NCBI GenBank assembly: GCA_017499595.2
Contig: CM038998.1
Span: 1,054,001-1,118,000, forward strand
Origin: Psilocybe cubensis
Taxonomy: Eukaryota
Direction of reading: 5' to 3'
Length of the DNA stretch: 64,000 nt
Shown one piece after another: positions 1 to 12,600 of this stretch. The translations under genes and the position numbers were made by a program. The notes under the pieces are model-generated. The model searched no databases and was not told the origin of the DNA. It saw nothing but the letters and a program-made list of their open reading frames with translations. The number at the start of each line of letters is the position of its first letter. The first letter of the stretch is position 1.

Positions 1-1985
1 TAACATCTCATGAAAATAGAACAAGCGGCCTGTATCGAGCGATACCCGATAAATCGGCACATATTGTGTCTATTAGTACTGCAGAGTCGTAGAGAACAAG
101 GCTCTTTGGAGAAACAATCTAGAGGACGAGCTCGGGTAAGATATGGACCTGGTCCCATACGGCGGTAGTAAGGCGAGCGAGGAGATAATATCTGATCACG
201 GAGCGAAGACGCCATAAAATCGTCGAGAAGGACCAGAAGCACGCGCGTCGATGCAGATACAGAGCTGTATCTCCAGTGATTGACGCTACGAATTCTGCGC
301 TAAGGTAGAAGATAGAGTAATTAGCTCGAGCATAAATTGCTTGTCGCTCGCTGGTGTTGGTGTCAATAAACTTCAATGTCTTTTGGAGAAACGAATTCGA
401 CTTCCCTAGCGATTGATTGCGACGTCCTTCCTCCCCCACAGTCTCATTTGGCTTCAATATCGTCCGAGTCTGGTTTAGTACACGCACCGTCATGTGGGCT
501 CATACCGTGGCGTAGTGTGCCCATTCAAGTGGCGATCCTGCGGAACTAGAAGGAAGACCGGGATGAAAATCGTCATCATATCATGGAAATCGAGAGCGAA
601 AACGAAGGAACATCAAGAGAGCACGGGCCCCAACAAGCTACAGACAACATCAGTCAAGTAAACTTCGCCTGCGAAGCTCAAGGAGAAGGAGATATGTCAA
701 TACGCTGCACGCGGCGGTGGCAACTAATACAATGCCAATTAAATCCATTTGACTGCGTAGTAAACAATGAAACTCGAAATAGACTGATGTCTCCAAAGGT
801 CAGAACTTCCAGGACGGAGCCACTGACCGAGACGTAGTGTCCAAGGTCCTGCGACGTATACATATCAAGCCCACGGGTATTCTTGAGTGTCCGAAATGGA
901 GAGAAGACTCGATCGTTGTACCATTATATTACTGACAAGGATATCGTCAAGCTCCGAGGACGAGACTCTCGCGATAAGCTGGCTAACAGAACAGGTGGTC
1001 TACTAGCATTGTCAGAGGAAGGCGAGTACCGAACGTCTGCCCACCACCTTTCTCATAGCTCCTCCGAGTATTTGGTGCTTTCATTCTATAGATATGCTAC
1101 GCCCGGGAGCATCAAAGCTGTCTGCACATGCTGGAGAACCCAGGTATACTACAGCAGAACGCTGCGGCAGGGCCTCATTAGTTGGATTACAGTCGTAATG
1201 AACAGTTTGTATGCACTTGATGTGCACACTCCAAAACAATGTCGTGCATGCCAATGATGATATTATCGTCTATCGTTCTTCTAACTGCTGCTTCTTTGTC
1301 TCCCATGATCGTTAAACGGAAATAAGGTCCCGTTCGGAATGCCGTCCTCTATTGCGAGCGAGGTATGCGAGCAAGATTTAGCATTGAATCAAAGTTCAAC
1401 ACGAATAATCATTCCAGGATTTCTAGCCACTCGGAGTCGTGCTAGAGTACCCGGACAAGAGCACCACGACAGATGATCAGTTTGTAAACCCAGCACCTCC
1501 AGTGAGAAACCGTAGTCCGAGCGTACAAAAGAGAAATAAGAAACACCCGATCGCAGGACAAAGTAGGCAGAACCAGTCACCCATCCATGGATAACAGAAA
1601 TAGTTTCCAATCTCATCACCCAGAACTTTTTTTTTCCACCCTCCAAAAAAGGGCCCAGCACGGTCGGAAGCGGTGTCTATTCTTGATAGCGCTGTCGCAA
1701 TCATCATACAGAAGGGAAAGCACCAAGAAAGAACAAGTACCCAGGCTCGGTCCCAGCCAAACATTTGCTCACGGGGCCGGGGCGGGGGTGTGTGCGAAAA
1801 ATAGCAGGGACGCCTTCCAGGTTTAAGCTGAGGGCGTGGATATCTTGGGGGTCCACAGCGACAAAATAGGCCCGGAGTCATGGGCGACAAGAAGAAGGCG
1901 TGGCTATAAATATCCCAGGACCATGACTGGCGCGAAAAAAAGCATGCGTGGGTGCGCTAGGTGGGTGGGTCGAGTTGGTACTGAC

Positions 1986-2144
1986 ATGGACACCTTCGCC
2001 CCGGGAAGGGGTATTGCGCAGCAGCCCCCCCTCTGCAGCCCTGCCCTCTCCACTGGTACACCCAAAAACGAGGGGGGGTTCTCCCGGCTCCGTATCAGGA
2101 CCCATGGTAGCAGAAGGACTGACCCTCGCTGTCTGATCATATGA
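1986..2144 (+). CDS. Candidate lipopeptide pheromone-precursor-like small ORF (52 aa, MDTF...PRCLII*)
   Basis: ATG at 1986 gives MDTFAPGRGIAQQPPLCSPALSTGTPKNEGGFSRLRIRTHGSRRTDPRCLII-stop. It has a C-terminal CAAX (CLII), an MDxF start and TATAAATA at 1905-1912. It lacks the usual acidic ER/DR processing site, and no STE3 receptor is in the window. Confidence 0.25.
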   Translation: MDTFAPGRGIAQQPPLCSPALSTGTPKNEGGFSRLRIRTHGSRRTDPRCLII

Positions 2145-3871
2145 GCCCGGGAGAGGCGTTAATTCCAGACGCGCTGAGATCAACTGACACTCTCCAGAGT
2201 AGCTTGCACCCAGCAGTTCGCCACCAGCCAACCCGCCGGCGCCGACGCGGTGGGTGGCATGATGTATGTCATCCTGAATTGTTTTGGTTTTACAGATTGC
2301 ACGGCGTACTTTCTAGAAGCCTGAAGAGAATTGAAAGAAGAAAGAAAAAACGGAGGTAAAGCAAATTTTCTTGTTCATCTCTATCCCAACGCGAGGTATT
2401 TCGAAGAGGTTGGCAACGCGACATGTATGGAAGCTTGAACGACGCGAGACGCGCGCAGAGATACGAGCAGGACACGCGGGCCTTGGCCGTCCAGAAGAAG
2501 AACCATAAAGGCATGCGTTTGAAATAACGGTTGCAGGCTAGCACACAGATAGAAACGATAGAACAGGACAGGATAGGCAGGAACAGAGATAGATCTGGGA
2601 GCGTTCAGGCAGTATATCAAAGACACCAGATGCCTCCTACAGAATCACTCGAATAAAACCCGCACAGTGTACATCTAAAAGTGAGGGTGAGATAAAAACA
2701 CTGCCATTTGTCATACAACCTTTCTGGTTTAAGGTTTGAGCCATTACCTTTTTGTCATGCGAAAAAAAAAGGTAGTAGTATAGTATAGTAGCCAGCAGCA
2801 AGCACCGTGACCACTCCCAAAAAAGAGTTGAGCAGTGTACCGTGGGCGACTGAAGAGACGAGACAAGCCCCGCACTGACGCCAGAGCAGTTTCAATTGCC
2901 CCTGGGCACGCACGACACGCTTGCGGATGACATTGATCATGATCATGACACCGAGGACTGCTGCCGCCTGCCAGAAAAAGCGCTCCCACACCGCTCACGG
3001 CTCATGATCACGGCCTCCTCGACATCTGTACGTGTAAATTGTCATTCGGGATGCGCCGTCGCGGGGCATGTCATTTGTATTAAATAAATTGAAGCGGCGG
3101 TGGTTGGGACGCACACTGCATATAAGCGGGATCATAATCATGACAGAGCGTTGAGAGTTTCAGAACCCGAAAGAACACCTTGAACGGGAAGTGTCGGAAG
3201 AAAGTGGTGGAAATGAGCCTGGAAAGCAACGCGACTGCGCGAGGATGGCGTCGTGACCCGTTGCGTACCCGGGAGACGCAGGGCCAGTGCCCAACGGCCT
3301 CTGAATAGATTGCCAGATAGATAGATTAGGATGTGATAGAATAGAATAGAACTGGACTGAGAACAGATTGCAGAACACACCAACCAGATAGATGGGTCGA
3401 TCGATGGCTCCGAGTCCCTTTGACAATCTGGGGTAAAGAGCACGAGTAAAAAATCATACCGTCATCCAGCTGGCACACTGTGGGGAAAAATTCGAATTGA
3501 AAGAGAGACGAAGGAAAAAAGGAACTGACTGGCTGGCTGGCTGAGTGGTTCCATCCAAGGTTCACGTTCACCGTTACGTTCAACGTTCAGCATTGAACCT
3601 GTTGCGTGGGGAGGGGCAAGAGAGACACCCCAGCACCTGATCGAGTGTTTCCCAAACGGTAAACGGACACACAGTAGCAGCGAGCACGGAAAATCACGCT
3701 CGACTGTGCATTCCATCATAGTATATTCATAAGTAGCAATCTTGAATCAACCGTGTCATTTGACATTCTTATCCTTCTGTTACCGCAAACGCACACCGCA
3801 AACGGAATGTATGGAGTGGTACGTCGTATGTGCTAAAGGCAAAAAATAACGCGCGCACAAGGCCCAGGGTG

Positions 3872-3898
3872 GGACACTGGACACTGGACACTGGACAC
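3872..3898. repeat. Tandem repeat (GGACACT)~4
   Basis: ggacactggacactggacactggacac read directly. Confidence 0.9.
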
Positions 3899-4334
3899 CA
3901 AGAATCCATCAGCATCAACATCAACATCAGTGGCACCACCGCGAAAAAGCCCAGCTGAAAAAAACACGAACACGGTCGGTCAAAAACAAAAAAGACGCGA
4001 AAATAGCACGTTAGCAGATGGACGAAACATGTCAGACCAAGTTTTTTTGTTTTTTTGCCCACGGACACGAAAGTGAGTAAATCTGAAATCACTTGACTCT
4101 GAGAGACAGGCGAGGGGGGTTAGGTGCCAAAAATAGGACTCAGGATCATGATCAGCCAAGTCGGACCCTGGACGCTTTTTCACTGTCAGGCGTTCACGTA
4201 ATGGGGACACCCACTGTTTCGCAATCAATACATTAACCCCGAAACTGACCAGCCAGTCTACTCTAAATGCAAGAAACAAGGACACCGCATCCATTGTCCA
4301 AACCTCAACTCAACGTTTCAAATTTCAACGTTTC

Positions 4335-4362
4335 GTTCAACGTTCAACGTTCAACGTTCAAC
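4335..4362. repeat. Tandem repeat (GTTCAAC)4 with degenerate flanking copies
   Basis: Four perfect 7-mers. Degenerate copies span 4305-4376, with related units at ~3560-3590. Confidence 0.9.
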
Positions 4363-4849
4363 TTCAGGCTGTTCAACCGCAACCGACCTAAAAATATACC
4401 AACAACGTCGACATGGGGTTACTTAGCTCTCGCCTTCGCCCTTCGGCAATTATAAAAAAAACCTTATGTAACACATTGAATATGTATGTATGGTATGGAT
4501 TATTGACAATGACAACCTTACACAGTGCACAGTGCACACCGAGACCGACCGGAGCAAATTAGCAAATTAACCATATCCATCCATTGACATATGCGACCGA
4601 CACCCCTCCCAATTATTCAAGTTCTCGATCGAAGGACGGTGCTGGGAAAACCCTCACGGCGGTACACATACACATACTCACACTTGAGATCATGATCATG
4701 ATCATGAAGAAGAAGCGAACTGGGCCGCGAGAGCAAAAGGCACCGAACAGTTAGAACTCCCGACGTCCGTACATGATTCGAGTTCTTCTGCGGCTTTCAC
4801 GAATCAGGTATCAGTAAATCAGAAATTACGATCGTCATCACACCAAAAC

Positions 4850-7200
4850 ACGAAAGAGAGAGATAGAGAAAACAGAGACAGAGACTGATCCCATTAATAA
4901 ACAAGAACGCCGGTGTATCAACAGAAGGGGAAAGGAAAGGAAAGAGGGGGGTGTCCCTTCTCCCTGCTTCGTCCACATGACAATAACTATCTGAAAAATA
5001 GGGTAGGGTAGGTAAGGTAAGGGTAAGGTAAGATAAGATAGGGTAGGGTAAGGTTATTGATTGATTGGTAAGGTAGGAGTTGTAAAATAGCAGAAACAGA
5101 AACGGATCAGCTGAATAGGCAGTTACATATCATACTTTGTTTGTTATTGGATTGTTAATAAAATACGGAAAAGATAAAGAAGAAAAAGACGAAGGAGGAG
5201 GAGGGTGGGGAGATGGTGATGATGACGATGATGAAGGAAGCAGAAGAAGAAAGCGGGTTTAGATAATGTATAGTTTAAAAGGGAGCATAGCATATGTGGT
5301 ATTGTGCGGATTTATTATCGTCATTGTCACTGTTGTTGATGTTGACGTTGTTATTGATGTCGGGTGTGCGGGTGCATGGCTATTGTTGTTGTTTTGAAAT
5401 AAAATAAGATAAAGCGGTTGACAGGACAGGTTGCGGAGGGCTAGAGCTGGAAGGAAAAATAAAACACGAGATGCGAGATGTGGAATCGAGAATTGAGAAT
5501 CGGGATGGGTATGTATGTCTGTCACGGTATGTCGAGATCGATTGGTCGATTGACAATGGCGATTGGCGATGGCGATGAGGGACGAGGGATGGCGTCGAAC
5601 AAGAACCGAAGGAAGGAAGGAAAGAAAGAAAGAAGGAAGAAAGAAGCAGACCCGGAGCCGGCACCAAAACAAAAAAAGAAAAAAACAATCATACGCATAT
5701 CTCCTCATCATAAAACAAGTGCAAGTATAGCGTCGTCCAAAACGCCTCGACTCGACTCGAAGATTGAAGACAATGAAAAACTTCAAGCTTCAAGGGGTGA
5801 TGATCGCTTTAGTTTTAGTTTTAGTTTAAGCATGAGCATGAGCTTGAGCTTCTCTTCGCCTTGACCTTCCTTGACATTCGCTTTCGCCTTCGCAGCCGAC
5901 CGGGCCCATCCACCCACCCCCCACCCCCCACGAGGTCGCTCGGTATCAGAACCAAAAACAGACAAAGGCAGAAAGACACATATCATATCAAGAATGAATA
6001 TAAAAAAGAAGGGGTGAAAATGAAAGGGACAAGAAGGGGAAAGAAGTAGGGGAAGGACATAAAGCAACTTTGAAAGAAAGAAAGAAAGAAGAAAGGAAGG
6101 AAGGAAGGAGCATAAAGCATAAAGCGAAACTTGAGATGAGATGAGATGAAATGGCATGAAATGAGATGGCATGAAATAAAATGAAATGAAAAACACGCAA
6201 AAAAGCGAGCGAGCGTGAAGGAGGGATGGCGGATGGCGGATGGGCTGTGCGATGACCGATAAGTGAGACGACATGTAGCGGAGGGAAGTCGGGGGCAAGC
6301 GGACGAGGGACTAAGCACGAACACGCACGAGCGCGGTGCGAAAAAACACAGATACATACACCCCAACATGCGCTGCGCTGCGCAAGACCCGAAATGAACA
6401 TACGAAAGAAAAAAAAAACATAAAAAAGACATAATGGCGCTGTCGGACAAAGTTTAGATTTAAATTTCGGTGGCGGATGCTTGGCGTGGAAGGGAAGGAA
6501 GGGTAATGGGGGGGTCGAAGGGGGCGGAGGGTAGGACATAGATAGAATGAATGTCTGCTGTGTGCTGTGTGCTTGGAGAACGGGAAGAGGTGGGCCGGGG
6601 CGAATGTTAATTTTAAAGTCTGTTTGCCGCGATGCATGAGAGTCGAAAAAAAGAGGGTATGAAGAGACGACAGGATGACAGAGGGAGAGAGGAGCCAAGG
6701 AATGTGAATGTGTGGGAGGGCGGTGGGTGGGTGGGGAGGAAAAACAAAATAGAATTGAAAGTTTTTGATGGTTATAAAAAAAAACACCAAAAAAGAAGAA
6801 GCATACTCGTAAAAATGTACTTGGTACACAGTTTTTTTGCTCTTCTCACAGCCGCCCGAAGTGTTAACGTTAAACCCCAGAAAAATTGAAATCAATAAAA
6901 AATTGTGATGATAAAGACAACGTGTTGAAAAATGTGTGCTTGTGTGTGTGTATGTATGCGGGATAGACGATGCAGGTACTGAAATACGATGCGATGCGCG
7001 GAAGCCATGGATGCTATGCTGATGCCCAAAAACCAAAAAAATAGAGGAAATAAAGACGATAAGAAAAAAAAATGAGTAAGGGAAAATTGAGATTGAATGT
7101 CCAATGAGCATTCGCTTGAGTGGTCGTCTGAAAAAAAAGAGTTGGTGAATGGATAAGAGACGATTGGAGAGCAGGCAGGCAAGGGAAAAAAAGAACACAG
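4850..7200. repeat. Microsatellite/low-complexity-rich region, purine-rich on + strand (GGTA(G/A), GAAA, GAAG, GAGAT, GAAAT, TTTAGT, A-runs)
   Basis: Many short tandem arrays, e.g. 5001-5053, 5608-5645, 5808-5827 and 6072-6190. The long F/S/L-rich ORFs here are compositional artefacts. Confidence 0.85.
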
Positions 7201-7529
7201 GTCCTTCAGAGACCTGGAGAGGACATGAGATGGACAGGCAGGGACATCGGCGAACGGCGAACGGCGGGGTTGGGGGTGGGAGTGGAGAGAATGGCAGGTA
7301 GTCGCAGTACTGGGTCGTCGGTGTTCGCGTGAGATTGCGAACAGGATTGGTGGTGAGCAGCTGAGGGTCTGAGTGGCGAATATGACATATGTTCGGAGGA
7401 ACCACGGCGAAAAGCATGTCCAACGGTCAACCCACAGTGAAAGAGAGATAGTCTGCCCCAAAAATAAGCCTTGCGAATCGCCGAGATGCTTTGTATTCGC
7501 CGCCGTGCCCAATCTTGCCTCTCCCAGGT

Positions 7530-9661
7530 TCAGCTCTGCGTCGACTTGCGTCGCGACGACCCTGACGAGCCGCTGTTGGGCACTGTGACGCCCTCCTGCA
7601 CATAGTCCTTGTGCACCCGCATGTGCTGCCCAAGGTTGTCGTGCCTGCTAAAGTCCTTGCCACAGCCAGGATACAGGCATTTGTGTGCTGCAAAATAGAC
7701 ACGCGGTTAGTTCCTAGTCCAAAATAGCACAACAGAGCAGGGCCAAGATCGAAAAGCCAAATGTCGCCAGCCGTCAAGCCAAAGCCAAAGCCAAAACCAA
7801 AACCCAAGCGCAAAGGGGAAAGAAATAAGCAGAGAGACAACTCACGTTTCTCATAGGTGTGGATGCTTCGCACATGCCGCTTGAGGTGCTCGCCTCTCGC
7901 AAAGCATTTCCCACACCCGTCCACATCGCACAGGTACATCCGCGCCGCCTTGCCTCCCGCGTTCTGCCTCTTCCTCCCCGCACCGCTCGCCGCGCTACGC
8001 ACATCCTCCAGCGACGACATCGTTGGCACTCGTCGTCCCCGCGATTTCTTCGTCAGATTCGGCACAGGGATCGGCACAGGGAGCGTGTTGGATGGCCGTA
8101 GGCGCCGTCTCGTCGCCGTCGTTGTTGTTGTTGTTGTGATGCCCGAAGAGCCAGAAAGCGACGACGCAGATCGCGGAGGGTGGGCAGACGAGGATGTGGT
8201 AGATGATGTAGAGTTGTACCTCCTTCCGCGCGCGCGTTCGTTGTACGCGCCGCTGTTGTCGTTGCTGCCGTGGTGGTCGAATCCATGTTCGCCGTTTCCG
8301 TTGTAAGTCGAGCCCTCGGGGTAATTGCTGGGATAAGGCGTATACCGCGCGGAAGAAGAGCGCGAACGAAGCGTGCGGCCCTCGTTCATGATATTGCTAA
8401 AGGGCACCGTCGCGCCATACTGCGCGTAGAGCTCGCCATCGGCTGAAGGGAATGTCGACTGCCTGCGCAAGCTGGTGCGACGCCTGGGCCGGGGCACGAA
8501 TTCTGGGTCGTCCGGGTCGTCTTCGTCCTCCTCTGTCTCCTCCTCTGTCTCGCTGAGATCGCTGTCCTCGTACTCGCGCTTGATCTCTGGTTCAGCCTCT
8601 GCCTCGATGTCCTCTGACAAGTCTGACTCTTCGACTGGCATCTCCTCCTCGCCATCTTCATCGAGTACGTGCTGTTGCTGTTGCTGCTGGTGTTGCTGAA
8701 TGCTGCTGTCGACGGCGCTGTGGAATTCTTCGTCGCCCTCACCATCCCGATCCGTGCCGTCCGCTACACTCTCAACACCCTCGCTCATATACTGCTGCTG
8801 CTGCTGCTGCTGCTGCTGATACTGGACCTGCTGGACGTCCTGCTGCTGGGTGTGGTCCCAGTCGTCCTCGCCCTCGGCGTCCTCCTCGCCGCCAATGTCC
8901 TCCTCCGGGGCACACACGGCCTCCTGTGGCACACCTGTCATGTCGATCGGCAGACCGCCAACGACGACGCCAGCCATGCCCAGGGCCATGCCGTCGATGG
9001 GGTCAAGACCCATGTCGAGGGGGACCATGTGGTGGGAGTGGTGGGAGGGCACGGAGCTGAGGTCGCTCTCTAGACTGGCGGTGCTGGCGAGAGACGCGCG
9101 ACGGTCGTCGTTCCATGACTTGAGGTCGATGGTGGTGTGCTGGGGCTGGCAGACGGCGTAGTGGGATGGGTCATGGACGGCGGTAGAGAGATCTGTGTAG
9201 GCGGAGAGCGGGGAGACGGAGGGGCAGGAGTCTGTGACTGGGGAGAGCTCAGCGGGGTGGATTGTCTGAGCGTACTGGAAGGCGGGTCTGGCGAGTGGAT
9301 GGAGGAGAGGCTGGGACTGTGGCTGGGGCTGGGGCTGGGAGGGAGGCTGGGGCTGGGAAGGAGTCTGGGAGTGGAAGGACTGGGGAGGATAGTAGGTGGC
9401 GGAGTGTGGATGGGATTGAAGCGGCTGGTGAAAAGCATGGGGATCGTAGAGGTCCTCCTGCTTGATCCTAGGCTGGTCGTGGTCTGGATACTGGGGCGCT
9501 GGGAGAGGGTAGCCCCAGTCGTCTGTGGCGAGGTCGTAAGAGTTGTTGTAGTAGGAAGCAGCACGGGGGATCTGCTTCTTGCTCTCGGGAGACCAGGACT
9601 GGGTAAAGTCGAGCTCGAGAGCTGGGTCGTAGTAGTCCTGCGAATGGAGTTGGTAGTTCAT
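7530..9661 (-). CDS. C2H2 zinc-finger transcription factor, Msn2/Msn4/Seb1-like; exons 9661-7846 and 7687-7530
   Basis: Splicing GTGAGT (7845) to TGCAG (7688) joins finger 1 YLCDVDGCGKCFARGEHLKRHVRSIH via TYEKPH to finger 2 KCLYPGCGKDFSRHDNLGQHMRVH; stop TGA at 7532-7530. The N-terminus is rich in Q, P and acidic residues, with a basic KKSRGRR motif before the fingers. Confidence 0.93.
8792..8818 (-). repeat. (CAG)9 polyglutamine tract within the C2H2 TF
   Basis: (ctg)9 on + strand encodes YQQQQQQQQQY. Confidence 0.95.
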
Positions 9662-12600
9662 ACTGGCGGTGGGGAGAATGGGCAGATAAACGCCAGCTGC
9701 GGTTATGTAGGATGTACATTTACATTATCTCGAATTAGCCAACTTCCAAGAATCCTGCGCCGATCCAATCCAGCTCAATCTCAGATCCCATATCCACTCT
9801 TTTGGGCCACCCCTCCGTCCTCCGGCCATCCCGATATTTACTATTAAAATTATTCGATCTCCGATGCGCGTCTAAAGAACATATCCAATAACAGTGCCTG
9901 ATCCATTCTCACCTCAGCATGCAAAGACACACCGTGCCGTCGGCCGCCCTTCTGCCTCGATAAGGAAAACGACGACACAACGCCCAGCCATCTCCTCCCG
10001 GCTCTACTTTATTCGTCTAATCCATTTCTCCCTGTCTCTGTCCAACACTCGCTTTCCGAAATATAGTATACCCACCAGCTGCTCTCTGCAGACCCTCGTA
10101 GCGAACGGAGGACAACAAATTCCAGGCGCGCCAAGTCCACCTGTCTCAGAGTCTAGAACATTCGTCGCCCCACCTCCCCCGCCTCTCGCCTCTAATACTT
10201 TCTGCCTATTCTCTCTATTTTCTGTCCTTTTTTGCGTCCGTCTATCCATGACTCCGTCGGACGCTGACACTCCGCCTCCACGCCACTCCCCACATCTCCT
10301 CGACTCTTTTTTTCGGACTTGGGTTCTCGGTCATTTTAGGAAATCTAATCTGCTCAATGTGTGTGCGATGATAATATGTAGCTCTCTCCTCTCCTTTCCT
10401 CGCGTCCTTTACGATAAAAATTTTATATTTTGTTTGATCGATTGATCATGTACATGCGAGAGAAGACTTTCACGCTGCACCCAAGAACCATTTTTTCTCT
10501 ATTGTCGCATCCGTTCGTTGTGTGTTCGCAGGCCTTGCGTCGTCGGCGTCCTGTCAGTGTGTCACGAGAATAGAACCCAGAGATACGTAGAAAGAAGAAT
10601 CAAGAACCGATAGATAGAAGACGGAAGAACGAACACCTGTGATCGTAGAAGGACGCTAAAAAAATTTCCAGGGACTCAATGCGGATTCTCGTCCTCGTCC
10701 TCGTCGTCCCAAGTGCGGTGCGGTGCAGTGGTGGCCAAGTCCATCTGAGACGGCTGTGCGTCGTGGGCATGCGTGGGCCACACCCCACCCCACCCGTGCC
10801 CCCAATCGGTCGTGGTGCGGGGTGCCTTTTCTCGTGCCCCCCACACTCGGAATTTTCAGAGCTGCTATGACTATGAACCGTCAGAGGTAGTGACGTCGTC
10901 TTTCCTTTTTCCGAGGTTGTCTCTGCGTCTGTCCGTCATCCGTCGCGGATGACGCGGTGTGTTGATGGCAATTCTAGGACCTTTTTTCTTTTCATTCGTC
11001 CTCGCTCGCCATGGATATTGAGTCTCTGTCGTCATGCGCGGTCTCTATGTTATCGCCTTCAAGAACGCACGCCAGTGGATTGCATCACACCGAATAAAGC
11101 CAAATTTATTTGGATGGAAGATGCAGGCAGATGAGGACCTTCAGATCCCGGCCACACACACATACACATCCTGATAAATTTATAATATATTCGTAGATGC
11201 ACGCTTATTATACAGCGTCCGGAGGACTTTACAAACGGGTCCAATGAGCCATTCGATTTTGATTCATCATATGCATCATTATATTACTTCGATTCAAGAA
11301 GCCACTCTAAAAATTTTCACCCAAATCAACCGCGTCAATTGTCAATATGGTACTAATAATTTATATATAGAGAACAAGCCAGAGCCGCCTTGGGTTCCAC
11401 CTGTGTCGCGTGTATAATGTAGCCTTGGGGAATTCGTGCTGCATAAAGACGGTGCGCCGAACGAATTCTTTGGATTGTCCGGGGAAAGCGCGAACGGTGC
11501 GAGCGATTCGAGCGTGGGCACTGGGCGTGTGTTGTTGACTTACCTCTGCGCCCCCGCGTATATTGAAGCCAAACGGTACGAGCGCCTGGCGAAAGCTTGG
11601 AGTGGATCATACCTTGAGAGACGACGCAAGGTTTTACTGCGCCAGTGAATGAAGGTAGTGGTTCGATGCCGATCCCCGTGGGCCTACATCGGCGCGAGCG
11701 ACCTTGAATCCAGAAATAGCACGCGTGACGCGAGCAGCAATCAATTAATCACCCACCTGGCACCCACACCATGCCATCATTCATCCACGAGCTAAGAAAG
11801 CATCGAGCACCGTCGCGTCATTATCATTATCAGTATCAGTATCACCCTCTCGGTCTCGTGGGTGCAGCACAAGGCCAAAAACAAGTGTGTCTATTATCTT
11901 CAATTCAATTCAGTTCCAACTCTATTAAATTTGATTCAGTTGTTGTAGGCATTTAGGCTGCGCTGTCAGTGATGGGCAGGATGTATCAACGCTCTCATCA
12001 TCATCAGATTCTCAAGTTCAATTGTGGCGACTTGTCTAATATAATCCATCCTAAATCTAGCTTGCTCGAGGGTCTAAATGCTTCCAAAATACGCTCTTCA
12101 GCATCGCCATCGACGACTAGCGCGAAATGTTTGACGTTGACAGTGGCAACGTGGACGGTGCTTTCGAAATCTCGCAAGTACATACTTGGTTAATCCGTGT
12201 ACGTACACGACCGATACATACTGTCAATCCTAACACGCTAAACCAGCATAACACCAGAACATGCAACGAAAAGAAATGTACAAAAAAAAATGACCGGCCG
12301 GTGTGTGTTATTTTATGTTTGACAGAATTAGCACACCATGTAACATACCTTTTTTTCTACTTCCTTCTTTTGGCGTGCTTCTTCTTCGACTTCTTAGGAC
12401 TTGACTTCTTATGCAGTATGACATCTCTATCTTTCGCGGGATTCGCCATAGTGGCCAAGGAATTCCCCAATTCGCAATTCCTAGTTCGCGAGCGCGCGAA
12501 ATCGAATCCGACATTGCACCGTCGCCCCGAGTCGTTGGCGACATTATCCAAATTGCAACCCACTTCAATTCTACAAAAATTCGGAAGTTCGGCTCCACTC

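Noticed and set aside
1..1260. Short ORFs (119-493 minus, 583-837 and 883-1257 plus) suggesting a gene or relic at the window start
   Set aside because: No recognisable domain, and no consistent exon chain could be built (the one candidate intron was only ~36 nt). A lineage-specific or decayed gene cannot be excluded.
2755..2991. Hydrophobic 78-aa minus-strand ORF that could be a small membrane protein
   Set aside because: Non-ATG start, overlaps GATCAT and T-run repeats, no family motif.
5259..7512. Long minus-strand ORFs (up to 370 aa) rich in F/S/L/P
   Set aside because: Arise from pyrimidine-rich microsatellites that lack stop codons; no domain signal.
8669..9847. Plus-strand ORFs antisense to the C2H2 gene
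   Set aside because: Shadow ORFs of a GC-rich coding strand.
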